Shown here one piece after another: positions 25,072 through 38,850 of a stretch of DNA of 64,000 nucleotides. Below the pieces are notes generated by a model. It was not told where the DNA came from and made no database searches. It was given only the letters and a program-made list of their open reading frames with translations. Numbering within the stretch: the first letter of the stretch is position 1; every line of letters begins with the position of its first letter. Source of the DNA: Octopus sinensis (Eukaryota); the NCBI RefSeq assembly GCF_006345805.1, contig NC_043003.1, positions 93,558,001-93,622,000 on the forward strand, written 5' to 3'. A program made the translations under genes and the position numbers.

Positions 25072-25805
25072 ATATATATTGTTATACTAGGGGGTGGTCA
25101 TATTATTGTCAATTAAACGCATGCACTTTACATTTGATCGTTACTTCTGCTTTATTGTTATTGTTTTTTCACACATCCTGTGACCTTTTCAGTGGTTCGT
25201 TATCCCATGTGTCTCCTCTTGTTCAATCTAATCCATCCTCTCTCTCTTTCTTTCCCTCTCTCACTCTCTTACTCTTTCTCTCTCTCTCTCTTTCTCGAGT
25301 ATTACCAGCCGAAATTGCAAAGATAATCTGGAACTCGACTGAAGAAAGAAAACTCCGAATGACCGTCCTCGTTTTCTTTGTATCGTCTATCTGAATGTTT
25401 TGTTGTCCCTTTTTTGTATCACCTAACTGCCTGGATGTTTTGCATTCTTGTCCCATTTTTTATATATATACTGCTGACTTCGGAACCACCAAGTACCGTG
25501 TTCAACCACACTGCGTGGTACCTTGTGCAGATGTCATTTTCTATAGCCCAGTGTCGATCAATGCCTTGAGAGTAAAACTGGAAAACCGGAAACTATATAG
25601 ATGCCTATCAGGCGAATTGTGCTAGTAATTCAAAAGATACAGTCTTGTCCACAGACATTACGTCATGCTGATCGTACCTGTGAATTTCGTTTAAGGGTAC
25701 GCGTGTCTGTGGGACGCTTAGCTACTGCTACGTTTTTTGAGGAGCAGGCAATTCTGTTGCGGTAACAACTAAATCCTCATCGTCGAACGACAAGCGATCC
25801 ATGAG

Positions 25806-26232
25806 GCATGGGGTTTTGGTTAAGAAGCTAACTTAGTTAAGGAACCCGAAGCCACGTGGTTTCGGGTTGCGTCACTCTTGCGGTACCTTGGGCAACTGTC
25901 TTCTATTATGACCCCGACCCGACCAATACCTTGTGAATGTATTTGGTTGACGGAAACTGTGCAGAATCCGTCGTATCTCTGTGTGTGTGTGAGTGTATGT
26001 GTGTGCGTGCGTGCGTGCGCGTATATGCGCGTCTGTGTTAGTCTATTTGTCCTTGCACACCACTTGCCAACCGGTGCTGGTTTGTTTGCGTCCCCGTAAC
26101 TTAGTTGCTCTTCAAGAGATACCGATAAAAGTACTAGACTTTTAAAAAATTAATGTTCTGGAATCGACTTATTTCATTAAACACTGCAAAGCAGAGCGTC
26201 AGAGTGACTACAGTTCAATGACTGAAATAGGA
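25806..26232 (+). mobile_element. SINE family A, degenerate
   Basis: CCTTGGGCAACTGTCTTCTA and ACGGAAACTG segments plus the family tail. Confidence 0.7.
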
Positions 26233-26742
26233 TATATATATATATATATATACATACACTCACACACACACTTCAATAATTTAATGTTTATAGATTATTA
26301 AATGTTCATGCTTCGTCGATTTCAATGATGGGTGTCTTCAATTTTGGATCAACTGTATTATTTATTCATAGTGTATACCACCGACATGTGTACCCTTAAT
26401 ATAATTCTCAAATAGAAATTAGCGTAACATAGAGTGTGACAAGGCCGAACTTTAAAATTCCGCGTAGATTCCATTTGTTGCGATTCCAAACAGTTTCCGT
26501 CTACCCATTTTGATATTTTCATTCCCAAGGTTTGCATCGATCGACGAGTAGCGTAAAAGACAGGACCCCAAGATGCCAAGACGGTACGAAACTGGGATCG
26601 AACTGTTGGGGGGAGGGGGCACATGATACAAAGCAAGGTTCGTAACCACTCGACCTTGACTACGCCTATCTATCTATCTATCTCTCTGTATGTGTGTATG
26701 TGTGTGTGTGTGTGTATGTATGTATGTGTATATATATATATA

Positions 26743-26774
<32 letters not shown>

Positions 26775-26879
26775 CATATGCATACGCCAAAGTGAAGAGC
26801 TGTTGTACTTATTCTATATTCATACAGTCTATGGAAAATGAAAAAAGAATGATTTATGTACTTTTTAGTACAGTTAGGG

Positions 26880-27400
26880 AACCCATGTCAATCCGATCCA
26901 TTTTTTTTTTAGTAGTAGTATGAATCTTCGTTACGCTTTTCACGAAGCTCAAACAATCCCTTCAAAAGAGCGCTGGTTTCAGCGGATGTCAAAAAGCTGG
27001 GGGACAAATGCCGTAGCAGCGCAAGACATATTCAGGTTTCTGTGGGAATCTCTTGCTAAACTCCACAACTGATTCCGAGCACATGAAAGAGTTGACAGAT
27101 CGTTCGGCGATAGACAAGATCAAAAATGAGTTGAAGTTCCTTTTCCACATTCTCTGTCTGTCGTTTGGCAGATGACAGAGCGTTCATCATCTTGAACAGA
27201 TACTTGCGTTGGACCAATAGAATGTTCAACTGACGAAACATTCAAGAGTTACAAATTTGATGAACTTTTCTTGAATTTGTCGGCCATCTAATAATGATAG
27301 AGCCGTTCAGCCAGAGCGTTACAAAATATTGCATAGTAACTGAAGAGAAAGCATTGATTAGAGAGCTACCACGAAACCTATTTGTAGACTGACGCAATAG
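26880..27400 (-). mobile_element. mariner-like transposase N-terminal relic
   Basis: ENVEK...RRTICQLFHVLGISCG and NLNMSCAATAFVPQL (cf. R-T--EL---LGIS-G and L-M----A-WVP--L), with stops and frameshifts. Confidence 0.55.
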
Positions 27401-27520
27401 GTTGGTTACCAATGATCCTCAGCCGCGCACACATTTCCGTTGATATTACAATTATTGCATGGGCAGTCTGAAAGCACGTGTGTGTAAATATACATATGCA
27501 TGTGTGAGATGTATATATAT

Positions 27521-27566
<46 letters not shown>

Positions 27567-27647
27567 TACACATATATATATGCACACACATATATATATA
27601 TATACACACGTATTTATACATACACCACACACACACACACACCACAC

Positions 27648-27679
<32 letters not shown>

Positions 27680-27694
27680 ATGTTGTTGTTTGTA

Positions 27695-27992
27695 GTTTGT
27701 TCCTTCTCGAGCTATGCCTGGCTCATAAGAGCCGGTTTCCCGGTTTCATTGGGTATAGGTTCTCCACCTGAATGGGATGCCGGTCTGTCGCAGGTGAGCT
27801 GCTAGATGCACGAGGAAAGAATAAGAGAAAGTTGTAGTGAAAGAGCCAGCAGAAGTTCGCCATTACCTTCTGCCGGAGCCGCGTGGAGATTAGGTGTTTC
27901 GCTCATAAACACACACGTCGCCCGGTCTAAGATTCGAACGCGTGATCCCTCAACAGCGATTCCGCTGTTCTAGCCACTAGGCAGGTGCCTCC
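27695..27992 (-). mobile_element. tRNA-derived SINE family E
   Basis: Minus-strand head GGAGGCACCTGCCTAGTGG...GTTCGAATC. The tail GACCGGCATCCC..GAAACCGGGAAACCGG is shared with family C. Confidence 0.7.
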
Positions 27993-28234
27993 GTGTATGT
28001 ATGTGTAGGTATATATGCATCATCATCATCATTTTATGCCCGCTTTCCATGCTAGCTTGAGTTGGACGAGTCATTACGGTCACAGTCGCCTCCTAGTTGA
28101 AGCAACAACTCGCAAGGACCAGGTGCTCCTACATGTCATTTGGCTTGATTTCGAGGGCTGGATACCTTCCCTATGTATGTGTGTGTGTGTGTGTGTGCAC
28201 TAAGGCCTCTGGCGGTTAAGCTTAACCATGTACC

Positions 28235-28466
28235 TATTTCTTTACTACCAACAAGGGGCTAAACACAGAGTGGACAAACAAGGACAGACAAACGGATTAA
28301 GTCGATTATATCGACCCCAGTGCGTAACTGGAACTTATTTAATCCACCCTGAAAGGATGAAAGGCAAAGTCAACCTCGGCGAATTTGAACTCAGATGGTA
28401 GCGGCGTACGAAATACGGCTACGAATTTCGCCCGGCGTGCTAACCTTTCTGCCAGCTCGCCGCCTT
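28235..28466 (-). mobile_element. SINE family B, full length
   Basis: Reverse complement of the 34451-34681 type. Confidence 0.85.
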
Positions 28467-28530
28467 CACCATGTACCCTCATCCAAATATGTTGTCATGG
28501 GCAAGGTTTATTCGGGATAAGACTGATAGT

Positions 28531-28566
<36 letters not shown>

Positions 28567-28944
28567 ATATATATATACACACACAAGGTTCCCTACTCCA
28601 CACGACTGATGTTGTCCAAAGGAAAGTTTACGTGTTGACTCGATACACCTTGGCACCAGTGACGCCATGATCGCTACTATTAGACAGCAATGAGTGTGGC
28701 AGAAACCGCAAGACACTCTGCCCGACACTCAGAAAATTCAGCCAATCTTCCACACTTGACTGATATCGACTGATATCGACTCTGATCAAAACGTCTCAGA
28801 CGGAATTTGAACTTGGATCGTCTCTGCCAATAAGCCTTATATTCTCATGGGCACAACCTGTACTCGTCTAATGTATGACAGTCCCTTGACTTTGCGCAAA
28901 TTCTACCAAACGGACACTTAGGCAATACCATATCGTTTATCTTC

Positions 28945-29462
28945 TATCTTTTACATGTTTCAGTCATTGGACTCCAACCACATAGAAGCATCGCTCTCAA
29001 GGGTTTAGTCGAGCAAATTGACCCCAGAACGTATTGTTTTTAAAGCCCGGAACCTATTCTATCCGATCTCTTTTGCGAAACCACTAAGTTATGGGGACGT
29101 AAGCAAACCAACAGCGGTTGTCAAGTGGTATGGAAGAGAAACGCAACACAAAAGCACACACAGATAACTATTTATCTATTTATTTCTCTGTCTCTGTCTG
29201 TCTGTCTGTCTTTCTCTCTCTCTCTCACCGTATATATATATATATATGTATATGTATATACACACACACGCACACACACACACACACACACGGCAGGCTT
29301 CTTACAGTTTCCACCTACAAAATCCACTTGTAAAGATTTGGTCATTCGGAGGTCATAGCAGAAGACTGTGTGGTCTTGGCTTCATTCCCTTGGATCTCGC
29401 GCAGTGGGGTTGAACCCAAGATCACGTGGTTGGGAAGCAACCATACAGCTACGCTTTCGCCT
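28945..29462 (-). mobile_element. SINE family A, diverged
   Basis: Same segments as 6582-7033. Confidence 0.75.
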
Positions 29463-29620
29463 ATATATTTATGTATTACGTTCGAGTTCAAATTCTGCTG
29501 AGATCAACATTGCTTTTCATCCTTTTGGGATCGATAAAATAAGTACTAGACAAACACTAGTGTCGATATAATCGACTAGCCACCCCCTAAAATGTCAGGC
29601 CTTGTGCTTTTAACAGAAAC

Positions 29621-29681
<61 letters not shown>

Positions 29682-30210
29682 GAGTGAGAGAGCAGTTCAT
29701 GCCATCAAAGTGACACTGGAGTAAAATATACGAAATCCAGTATATCCATCATGACTACCCGTCTGATAAGGGTACACCAGGCACATGCATCACAGCCATA
29801 TGTGCGGGACATGGTGATCTCATATCAAGATAAACAGCGCATGACCTTACAGGTGGGACTCAGTTAGAATTTTCTTCAGGTTGAGTAGCCCATCCCACTC
29901 AAAAGGCCCTTGAATAAGGGTTGTTTAAGGATGTTGAACGAAACACCCATGTTTCCAAAGGTGAATTATCCAAACCCCCAAAGATTTCCTCTCAACACAT
30001 GGCTGTGATGCTTCACCACTATTTCTGCTCGTCATCAGAGATGCACATATCGGCAGCCACTAAGGGACATGCTCAACTGGTTAAGGTCAAACAACTGACA
30101 AGCAAATCTGTGGTATTGAGCAGAATATTTGTTGTAGCCCATCTTTTATACCAAGACAAAATAATGTACATGATAACACTTCCAATCAGTTAAGATGAGA
30201 AGCCATGAGA
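29682..30210. mobile_element. Unclassified non-coding insert flanked by (ATT)n
   Basis: A ~530-bp segment of higher GC begins right after (ATT)n at 29621-29681 and is followed by TTATTATCATT. Confidence 0.45.
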
Positions 30211-30404
30211 GCCACTGCTTATTATCATTGTTGTTATCATAAACTGCTTGAATTAAATTCTGAATTTTTCCTAAGCACATACTACAGCGCTGTTGCTTCT
30301 TAAGTAAAATGTGCATGAAAAAGTAATGGGGAAACATAAAATCATTATATTTAGTATTTATTGAATATGTGTATTTTGAGATCTTGTTGACAAATACACC
30401 CATT

Positions 30405-30632
30405 ACTCTTTACTCTTTACTCTTTTACTTGTTTCAGTCATCTGACTGCGGCCATGCTGGAGCACCGCCTTTAATCGAGCAAATCGACCCCGGATCTTAT
30501 TCTTTTTAAGCCCAGTACTTATTCTATCGGTCTCTTTTGCCGAACCGCTAAGTTACGGGGACCGAAACACACCAGCATCGGTTGTCAAGCAATGCTAGGG
30601 GGACAAACACAGACACGCAAACACACACATAC

Positions 30633-30708
<76 letters not shown>

Positions 30709-30873
30709 CATATATACGACAGGCTTCTTTCAGTTTCCGTCTACCCAATCCACTCACAAGGCATTGGTCGGCCCGAGGATATAGCAGAAGACACTTGCCC
30801 AAGATGCCACGCAGTGGGACTGAACCCGGAACAATGTGGTTGGTTAGCAAGCTACTTACCACACAGCCACTCC
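30405..30873 (-). mobile_element. SINE family A, full length
   Basis: Near-identical to 6582-7033. Confidence 0.9.
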
Positions 30874-30969
30874 TTGTTACATCTTCAAGAATGTATCACA
30901 TTTTTTATTCCATTTTCACGCTGAAAATGCTTCCAAAGTTACTTTTTTGAGTCTATCTATCTATCTATC

Positions 30970-31009
<40 letters not shown>

Positions 31010-31981
31010 GTCTGTCTATCAATGTAAATGTGACACATGAGGATAGCAAAGGGATTCCCTGGAAAACAGAAAAACCACACGCAACGGACGCAGACAATCC
31101 TTCATCAGTTGTCGACCAAATGTCATCACAATCTCGACATTGCTTTTACTCGTTAGTGAGTGTGCGTGTGCGCTTAAATGGGCATGGTTGTTGTATAAGT
31201 AAACGTATGTTTGTATATTTATATTTCTCATTGGCCGTAATATGTAAATGCCACCAGTATTTACATATTCTTTCGCACATTGTTAAAATAATATTAAATA
31301 TATCTCACTTATTTCACAATTGCTGGAAGGTTTTTTTCCCGTATAACTACATTTACGAATAACAAAATGTGTAAGATTTCTCACATATATCCCAATGAAT
31401 CATCTTTTTTTGAGTTTACATTTTTTTTGGCTTTTCTTAACAGTGTCATTAACAAAATATCTTCCACATATTTCTTATAAGCAGAGGTTTTTTTTCTATT
31501 GTATATTCATTTGTATGTAAGGGCTTAATATCTCGAAAAGGATAATTTCTTACAAACTTCAAGATGATATTTTGTAATATTTTTGCGTAATGACCTTTGG
31601 TTAACGTTTCCTTACATACAGGGTCTCCACTGTATTTTCGACCTACCATTGAGAGACTTCACTTTAAGAGGCTCCAAATTGCCATATGCTTAATCTCAAG
31701 ATCAGACTTTGAAGGCAGCTAAACTGTAACCGGAAGAGCCTTGCTTCTCCTACAAACAGCTGTACGCAAAGGGGCCTCTTAGTGAATTATTCTGTGTGTG
31801 TACAAAGAAGGAGTAAATGATCACCTGAATGACAAAACTTATTGAATTAGCGTGTAAGTGGCTGAGTATTCCACAGTATTCATATGACGAGTAACTTTGC
31901 AAGTATACTTTTGCCACGATAGTTGATATCGAAAAAATATGGATACCTACAATAATTATAATCTAGCCTTTACCAAATATA

Positions 31982-32580
31982 GGCGTAGGAGTGGCTGTGT
32001 GGTAAGTAGCTTGCTTACCAGCAACATGGTTCCGGGTTCAGTCCCACTGCGTGGTACCTTGGGCAAGTGTTTTCTACTATAGCCTCAGGCCGACCAAAGA
32101 CTTGTTAGTAGATTTGGTAGATAGAAACTGAAAGAAACCCGTCGTGTATGCGTGTGTATGTAAGGATGACTTCCCTTTGCAAATACTGACAGGACACAGA
32201 AAGTGTGTCTATGGCCAGCTGGAGAGTGTGTCCTCCTGGGGCTAAAAACTACAGTAGCATCCACCCTTAGGGGTAGCCATATTGAAATGGCAAATATACG
32301 TCACGATGTGTTACTGCTACTGTATATAACTCACTTTGATATTTATCATTATATATATATATATATATACATATGTGTGTGTGTGTCTGTGTTTGTCCCC
32401 CCAACATCGCTTGAAAACCGATGCTGGTGTGTTTACGTCCCCGTAACTTAGCGGTTCGGCAAAGAGACCGATAAAATAAGTACTAGGCTTACAAAGAATA
32501 AGTACTGGGGGCGATTTGCTCGACTAAAGGCGGTGCTCCAGCATGGCCACAGTCACATGACTGAGATAAGTAAAAAGTAA
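31982..32580 (+). mobile_element. SINE family A, full length, with a ~180-bp foreign insert in its internal microsatellite
   Basis: GGCGTAGGAGTGGCTGTGTGG...GGTTCAGTCC head, unrelated sequence at ~32162-32345, then the family tail. Confidence 0.9.
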
Positions 32581-32920
32581 AAAAAAAGGAAATTTCTTGG
32601 TGCTTGTACAAGATGATGAAATGCTTACTAATTTTCGAAAGCAAAATATTCATTACTGTAATTTGCTCCTCCTCCTTCTTCACTGTACATATGATACTTT
32701 CCCTCACCTTGTGTGTGTGTACGTGCGTGTGATTGTGTAACGTTCCTTTACTCATTGCCTCCTACCAAGCCTAGAATAAGCATTCATCCTTTATCACTTA
32801 TGCCAACTCTGTATTTTTCCTTTAATATCTCTCTTTCTCTTCCTCTCTCCCCCTCTCCCTCCCTCTTCCTCTTTATATGATGTAAACATGACTGGAGAAA
32901 TTGACCAACATTTACATCGG

Positions 32921-33081
32921 CATTATTTACATTTGACGGATATTTGTCCTCATCTTGTTTGTTGCTAACACAATGTTTCGGCTGATATACCCTCCAGCCT
33001 TCATCAGGTGTCTTGGGGAAATTTCGAAACGTGTTAACAACAAACAAGATGAGGACAAATATCCGTCAAATGTAAATAATG
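32921..33081. mobile_element. PLE-like terminus: inverted repeat enclosing a hammerhead core
   Basis: 32921-32980 is an imperfect reverse complement of 33026-33081. The minus strand reads CTGATGA A GGCTG-loop-CAGCC GAAA CA-ttg-TG TT at 33007-32967. Confidence 0.65.
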
Positions 33082-33754
33082 TAAATATTTTACATCGGCT
33101 ATCGTTAAATAGAGACTGTTGTCCTTTGGGAGAACTGTGGAACCGACAGGGCGTGTAAGTAGCTGAGTATTTCACAGACACGCGTACGCACGTGTCGGAA
33201 GCCAGAGCTTGTTTTTTTTATTGTCAATGCTTAAAGTGCAAAAACTAAGAACGCTGTTTATCCCGAATTATTTAAGTTTTTTTTTTTTTTTTTCCGGAGA
33301 TAATAATAATCTTTTGAACGAGGATGAAGCAGAAAATAATGCAATTTTTATTTGCTTTACTTTCTCATTCAGCCTCGTAACTCTGTTACATAGAATATAA
33401 ACGTTGTATTTCAAAGAATGTATCTATACAGAATTACAATTCTACGAAGGTGTACTTGCCAGGTATGAGATTTGATCTGAGGCCATGTATTAAAAAAAAA
33501 CCAAAACAAAACAAGGAGTGGAGCTACCAATTAGTCAAATGTGAGAGAAGCAGTAGGTGTCGCAGTGAAGTTAGCAATTAAAGCGGTTAAATCAGCATTC
33601 TGTTTCCCGGGAAATGCCAGGTGTCCGGTTAGAATTATATATGAAAGAATATTTGTTTTATTCCCATTTCGGTGGCAGGTTTGCTAGGCTTGAACTACAA
33701 ACGTCATAAGTTTTATTTTTTATAAACAACGCATGTTTTGCGCGCGTGCGTTTG

Positions 33755-33837
<83 letters not shown>

Positions 33838-34450
33838 CGTGTGTGTGTGTGTGTAAAACTATACAAAACCTTGAGTGAGAGTCAATTAATAAGTAAAAAC
33901 TTCATGGTAATCGAACTAATCTTTTCTTTCATGAGGCCTGCATCGAATTAACTCCTTATTGCAAAACTCCTGCAGTAAATAAAGCTTTACATTAGCAACT
34001 TTATACAACGTTTACAGTAAATCTTCCTGCAATCATTTTAATTAATAATCAATGGTTTGACCTAGGCTCGTCACCGAACTTTGATGCCTAGAGTTACTTC
34101 AGAAAATTTTCTGAGTGAGCACTAGGGTTGCTAAAGTGAAGTTTCGAAGTAAGTGTAAATTTGAGGGTGCAGCATTGAATAGTGAGGCAGTGTGCTCACA
34201 TTGAGTAGTGTGCTGCCCAGTGCAACCCCTTAGTGATGGACATGGTTATATCTTATTTAAATCCGAGCTATGTAAGTTTATCTTGAGCATCAGAACGTAT
34301 TATTGTTATTGCTTTGCATTATTTCTTCCGATTCTTTACTTCCTGGTTTTAAATCCCATTGCGGTTTACTTTGCTTCTCCTCCCACCAGAATCGATAAAA
34401 ATAAAGTATCAGTCAAGTAACAGAGTTGATGGTATTAACTAATTAACTTA

Positions 34451-35147
34451 AGGCGGCGAGCTGGCAGAAACGGTAGGGCGCCGGACGAAATTCTTCGCAG
34501 TATTTCGTCTGTATTTTCGTCTTTCAAATTCCGCCGAGGTCGACTTTGCCTTTCATCCTTTCAGGATCGATTAAATAAGTACCAGTTACGCACTGGGGTC
34601 GATACAATCGACTTAATCCGTTTGTCTATCCTTGTTTGTCCTCTCTGTGTTTAGCCCTTTGTGGGTAGTAAAGAAATAGGTATTAACTAATCATTCTCCT
34701 CAAAATTGCTGGCCTTGTACCAGAATCAGAGATTATTATTATTATTATTAGTATTATTATCATTATTATTATTATTATTAAGACTGCGAGCTGGCAGAAA
34801 GGTTAGCACGCCGGGCGAAATGCGTAGCCGTAATTCGTCTGCCGTTACGTTCTGAGTTCAAATTCCGCCGAGGTCGACTTTGCCTGTCATCCTTTGGGGG
34901 TCGATAAATTAAGTACTAGTTGAACACTGGGGTCGATGTAATCGTCACATCCCCTCCCCCAAAATGGCTGTCTTTGAAATTATTATTATTATTATTATTA
35001 TTAAGGAGGTGAGCTGGTAGAGTCGTTAGCACGCCGGGCTAAATACCTAGCGGCATTTCTTTCGCCCGTCGCTATGTTCTGCGTTCAAATTCTGCCGAGG
35101 TCGACTTTGCCTTTCATCCTTTCGGGGTCGATAAATTACGCACCAGT
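34451..35147 (+). mobile_element. Cluster of three head-to-tail SINE family B copies separated by (ATT)n
   Basis: Heads AAGGCGGCGAGCTGGCAGAA-like at ~34451, ~34780 and ~35003, each with GCCTTTCATCCTTT.GGGGTCGAT-like cores (similar to the Meta domain of MetaSINEs). Confidence 0.9.
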
Positions 35148-37575
35148 GATATGTGCACCCTCAATGTAATTTTCAAGCGGAATCAGTGACAATGCTGAAG
35201 TTTTGAAGTGCTGGTGCAGACCATACAACGGGATTCTGTACAGTTTACAACTACTCAATTTCTCCCACAAGGAATGGGTCAAGCCGAGGCTATGGAAAAT
35301 TACAGTTACCCAGCGGAATCGAAATCGGTACTTTATGATCGCAAAGTGAACTTCTTAATCATTCAGTAATACTGCCCCCCCCCCCCCATAACAGTTATAA
35401 CACTACCTACAGGATTCGAACATCGCGTTTGCTATAAGCCATGTAGCAGAGCTAACCACTACACCAAAGACTTATCACAGGGAATATCGATTTCTTAGTT
35501 TAATCAGTATGTAAGAACTTGCTCATTTAGAAATTGTTGGATTCTTAAACAGCATTAACATACGACTAGATTCTCACCGTATATCAAGTTAAATTTAGAG
35601 ACATAGCTATTCAATTATAAAAACAGCTGGAGTTCTTGTTTCAAATATCAAAAGCAGAAGTCTTCCCTCTCTGATTTCGTTACAATCAAAAATTTAAGCC
35701 AACAACAATAACTAATACGACGACGAAACAATAATAACAGCAATAGGAAGAGCTAAATTAGGCCACTAAGAAATGCGAAGTTATTTGCCTTACATCTGAA
35801 ACAAAATTATTCATATGATTAATTAAATGACAGCTCTTTGGTGGAGTGGATGGTTAGAACCGTATGGTTTGGTGGTAGTTTCTTGTGTAGCCAAGAAGAG
35901 ACTCATTCATTTAACGCTTGTGATTTAATCAACACACAGCCAGTGTAGCGAATATCTGGGAACGTGTGTGCTGGGAGGGAATGGTTCTGTGTGTCTTGGC
36001 TGAACCTTATTTAAGCACGGTGTTTCAGCACATCACCTATAGTTGAGAAGAAGACTTTGGATTGGCTGAGGTGTGAAACTATCGCAACTTTTATTGCGTT
36101 CATTCATTTCCATTTGAGTCTGCAGTAGCGGACTGGCTATAGGAATATACGCAGAGTCACGTGTTTGTAGATTCTGAAATAACCCGAGCTCATTAGTGGA
36201 CTCGGTCTTGACCTCATTATTAAGAAATAATGAAATAAATATTAATCTAGCAGGTTATTCGCCAACACATGACAAACAACTTTAAGTAATTCAGAGGAAA
36301 AAAAAACACACACACACACACTCCTCTTTTTCGCCTTCTCCGTCACTCCCCCCTCTTTCCCTCTCTCTCTCTTCATAGAAAGATAAGTCTATTGCTGATT
36401 CGTCCAACTGTCTTTGAAAACTAAAGGAATACTTTAGTCCGTTACTTACATGGTGACTCTGTATACAGCTTTATGGACTGAGTACCTCAATATTAAATGC
36501 CTATTCTTAGGACACAGCCATCTACAAGCAGACAGACAGATATTTTAGCAAGATGGCCAACTGTAACTTTCAACTAAACGCAGAATATATAGCCTGAGAA
36601 TTCCGTTTGTTGTTTAACGCTAAATATACGTAGAAGCTATAGTCTAGTAATTTTTGCTTGTTATTGTATGTATGTGTGTGTGTGAGAGAGACTTAATATT
36701 GATAATATCTGTACTAACTTTAAATAACTAAATGCAAATCTTACAGTCTAATAGTTTTTATGTTCTCTGTGGCTAACAGTAGTTGTGTCTGCGCTAACTA
36801 AATGTTGATCTTACAACTTACTCTTAAATATTTTGTTTGTCCTGAAAGGATAAACTGACATTCGATATATTTGCATAATTAGAACACTGGCTTGGAGTGA
36901 CAGTATTTTCCTTTCATTAGGCCTCGGGCATATTTTCGCAGGGACAATTGAACTGACCCCAATACAAAACTGGTACTTATTTTACCAACTCCTTTGGCTT
37001 GGGAGACCAAGTCAACTCCAGCGAAACTTAAAAATAGAATTTAGAACATTGAAAATGAAAATAAGATACGACTAATTAGTTTCTTCTGCCAATTCTCAAA
37101 TTTCCACACAATCAAAGTATGTAATATTTTATAGATTCTTCTATTGCAAAGAAATATTTTTTAAAGAAACAATAGTTTGTATTACTATTTACGCTCCGAG
37201 TTCAAATTTCATCACAGTGGGCATTGCCTTTCCTAGCTGGGCCGTTCCAACAGCATTATAGACCCCCACCCAGGAAAAATAAATAGAATGGGTATTTTAT
37301 AGTTATTTATTGACAAATCACAACATACAAGGATCAGAACTGAGCCCCGAGATCCAGGAGTCCTCCCGGGCAACTGTTCTATATGTCCACGCCTTAAGAC
37401 GGCTTTGCGTACTGGTAATACACAGAAGAATCAATCAAGTACACATCGTCAATTCATAGATTTGATAAAAAAAAGTAAAATGAAAGCCTAATCTAAACTA
37501 ATTATTTTTGGATTTTGTTGAACGTCAAATGCTTGAAATATTTTGATTAGATAAACGTCTTTAAGATATAGTATA

Positions 37576-37779
37576 GCTTTTACCTCTTTCAGTCATTGGA
37601 CTGCGGTCACACTAAGGTACCCCTTTGATGGTTTAGTCAAACAAATCGATCCCACTACCTACTTTTAATTTATAGGTTTCTTTTACCGAAGTTTAGGGGA
37701 CGGAAACAAACCAACACCAATTGTCAAGCGGTGGGACAAAGACAAACACACACACACATCTCCTTTTCTCTCTCTCTTT

Positions 37780-37814
<35 letters not shown>

Positions 37815-38013
37815 CATACACGCACGCACGCGCACACACACACACACCACACACACACACAACGAGCTTCTTTAGATTCCGTCTACCTAATCCACTCACA
37901 AAGCTTTGGCCGGCCCGAGGCTATAGTAGAAGACACTTGCCCAAGGTGTCACGCAGTAGGAAAGAAGCCAGAACAATACTGTTGAGAAGCAAGCTTCTTA
38001 CCAAACAACTGTG
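37576..38013 (-). mobile_element. SINE family A, diverged
   Basis: Same segments as 6582-7033. Confidence 0.8.
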
Positions 38014-38342
38014 CCTTCTTACCACACATCCATGGGATAATACACTAACAATACCTTATTGATCTGATCTATGTACCACTGAACCGAAGCAACAAGCTAA
38101 CTGCTTTTTATTTCGTAGTTAAAAGTAATTATAGATGGTTGAATGTCACAGTATACCAGAATTTATAGTAATGGTACTTCCAAGGAGCGCTGATTTGATA
38201 AATAATATTAGATCATTGAATAAACGCCTGGCAGTATTTCTCTCGACCATTTACATTTTGGATTCAAATTTCGTTGAGATCAAGTGTGTTTATATCTATT
38301 TGAGGTCGATAAAATAAAGTGTCAATCAGTTGCTGGGGGGAA

Positions 38343-38850
38343 GTTGCGTGGTTTAATGGTTAGGATGTTGTACCCACAATTTCAAGATCAGGGTTTCTAT
38401 TTCCAGACTTGGACGTGCATTGTATTTTTGAGCAATACACTCATTTCACGTTGCTCCAGTCCACTCAGCTGCAAAAAAGTAACCCTCCAACGGACCGGCG
38501 TCCCAATCTCGGTCACTTATACTCCATGAAAATCGAGTGGCCGGCTTTATGAGACCTACGACTCGAAACAGCACTTTGTCTTAGTCAACTGGCGTGTGAC
38601 TTAGTGGTTAGGGTATTGGACCCATGATCATAAGATTGTGGTTTCGATTCCTGGACCGGGGGACGTGTTGTGTTCTTGAGAAAAACACTTCATTTCACGT
38701 TGCTCCAGTCCATTCAGCGAGTGAAAATGAGTAATCCTGCGACGGACCGGCGTCCCGTCAAGGTAGGAAATTTATACGGCATGGAAACTAGGAAACCAGC
38801 CCCTATGAGTCAGTATGACTCAAGAAGGTAACTTTACCTTTAACTTTTAC
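38343..38850 (+). mobile_element. Two tandem SINE family C copies
   Basis: Heads GCGTG..TTA.TGGTTAGG, body CATTTCACGTTGCTCCAGTCCA and tail ACGGACCGGCGTCCC; also at 58158-58403. Confidence 0.8.

Noticed and set aside
33600-33635. Helitron-like 3' hairpin
   Set aside because: Degenerate, lacks CTAG, and no 5' end was identified.
35401-35470. tRNA-like sequence on the minus strand (A box TGGTGTAGTGG, B box GTTCGAATCC)
   Set aside because: The acceptor, anticodon and T stems do not pair well; more likely a decayed SINE head. Other A/B-box hits are also SINE heads.
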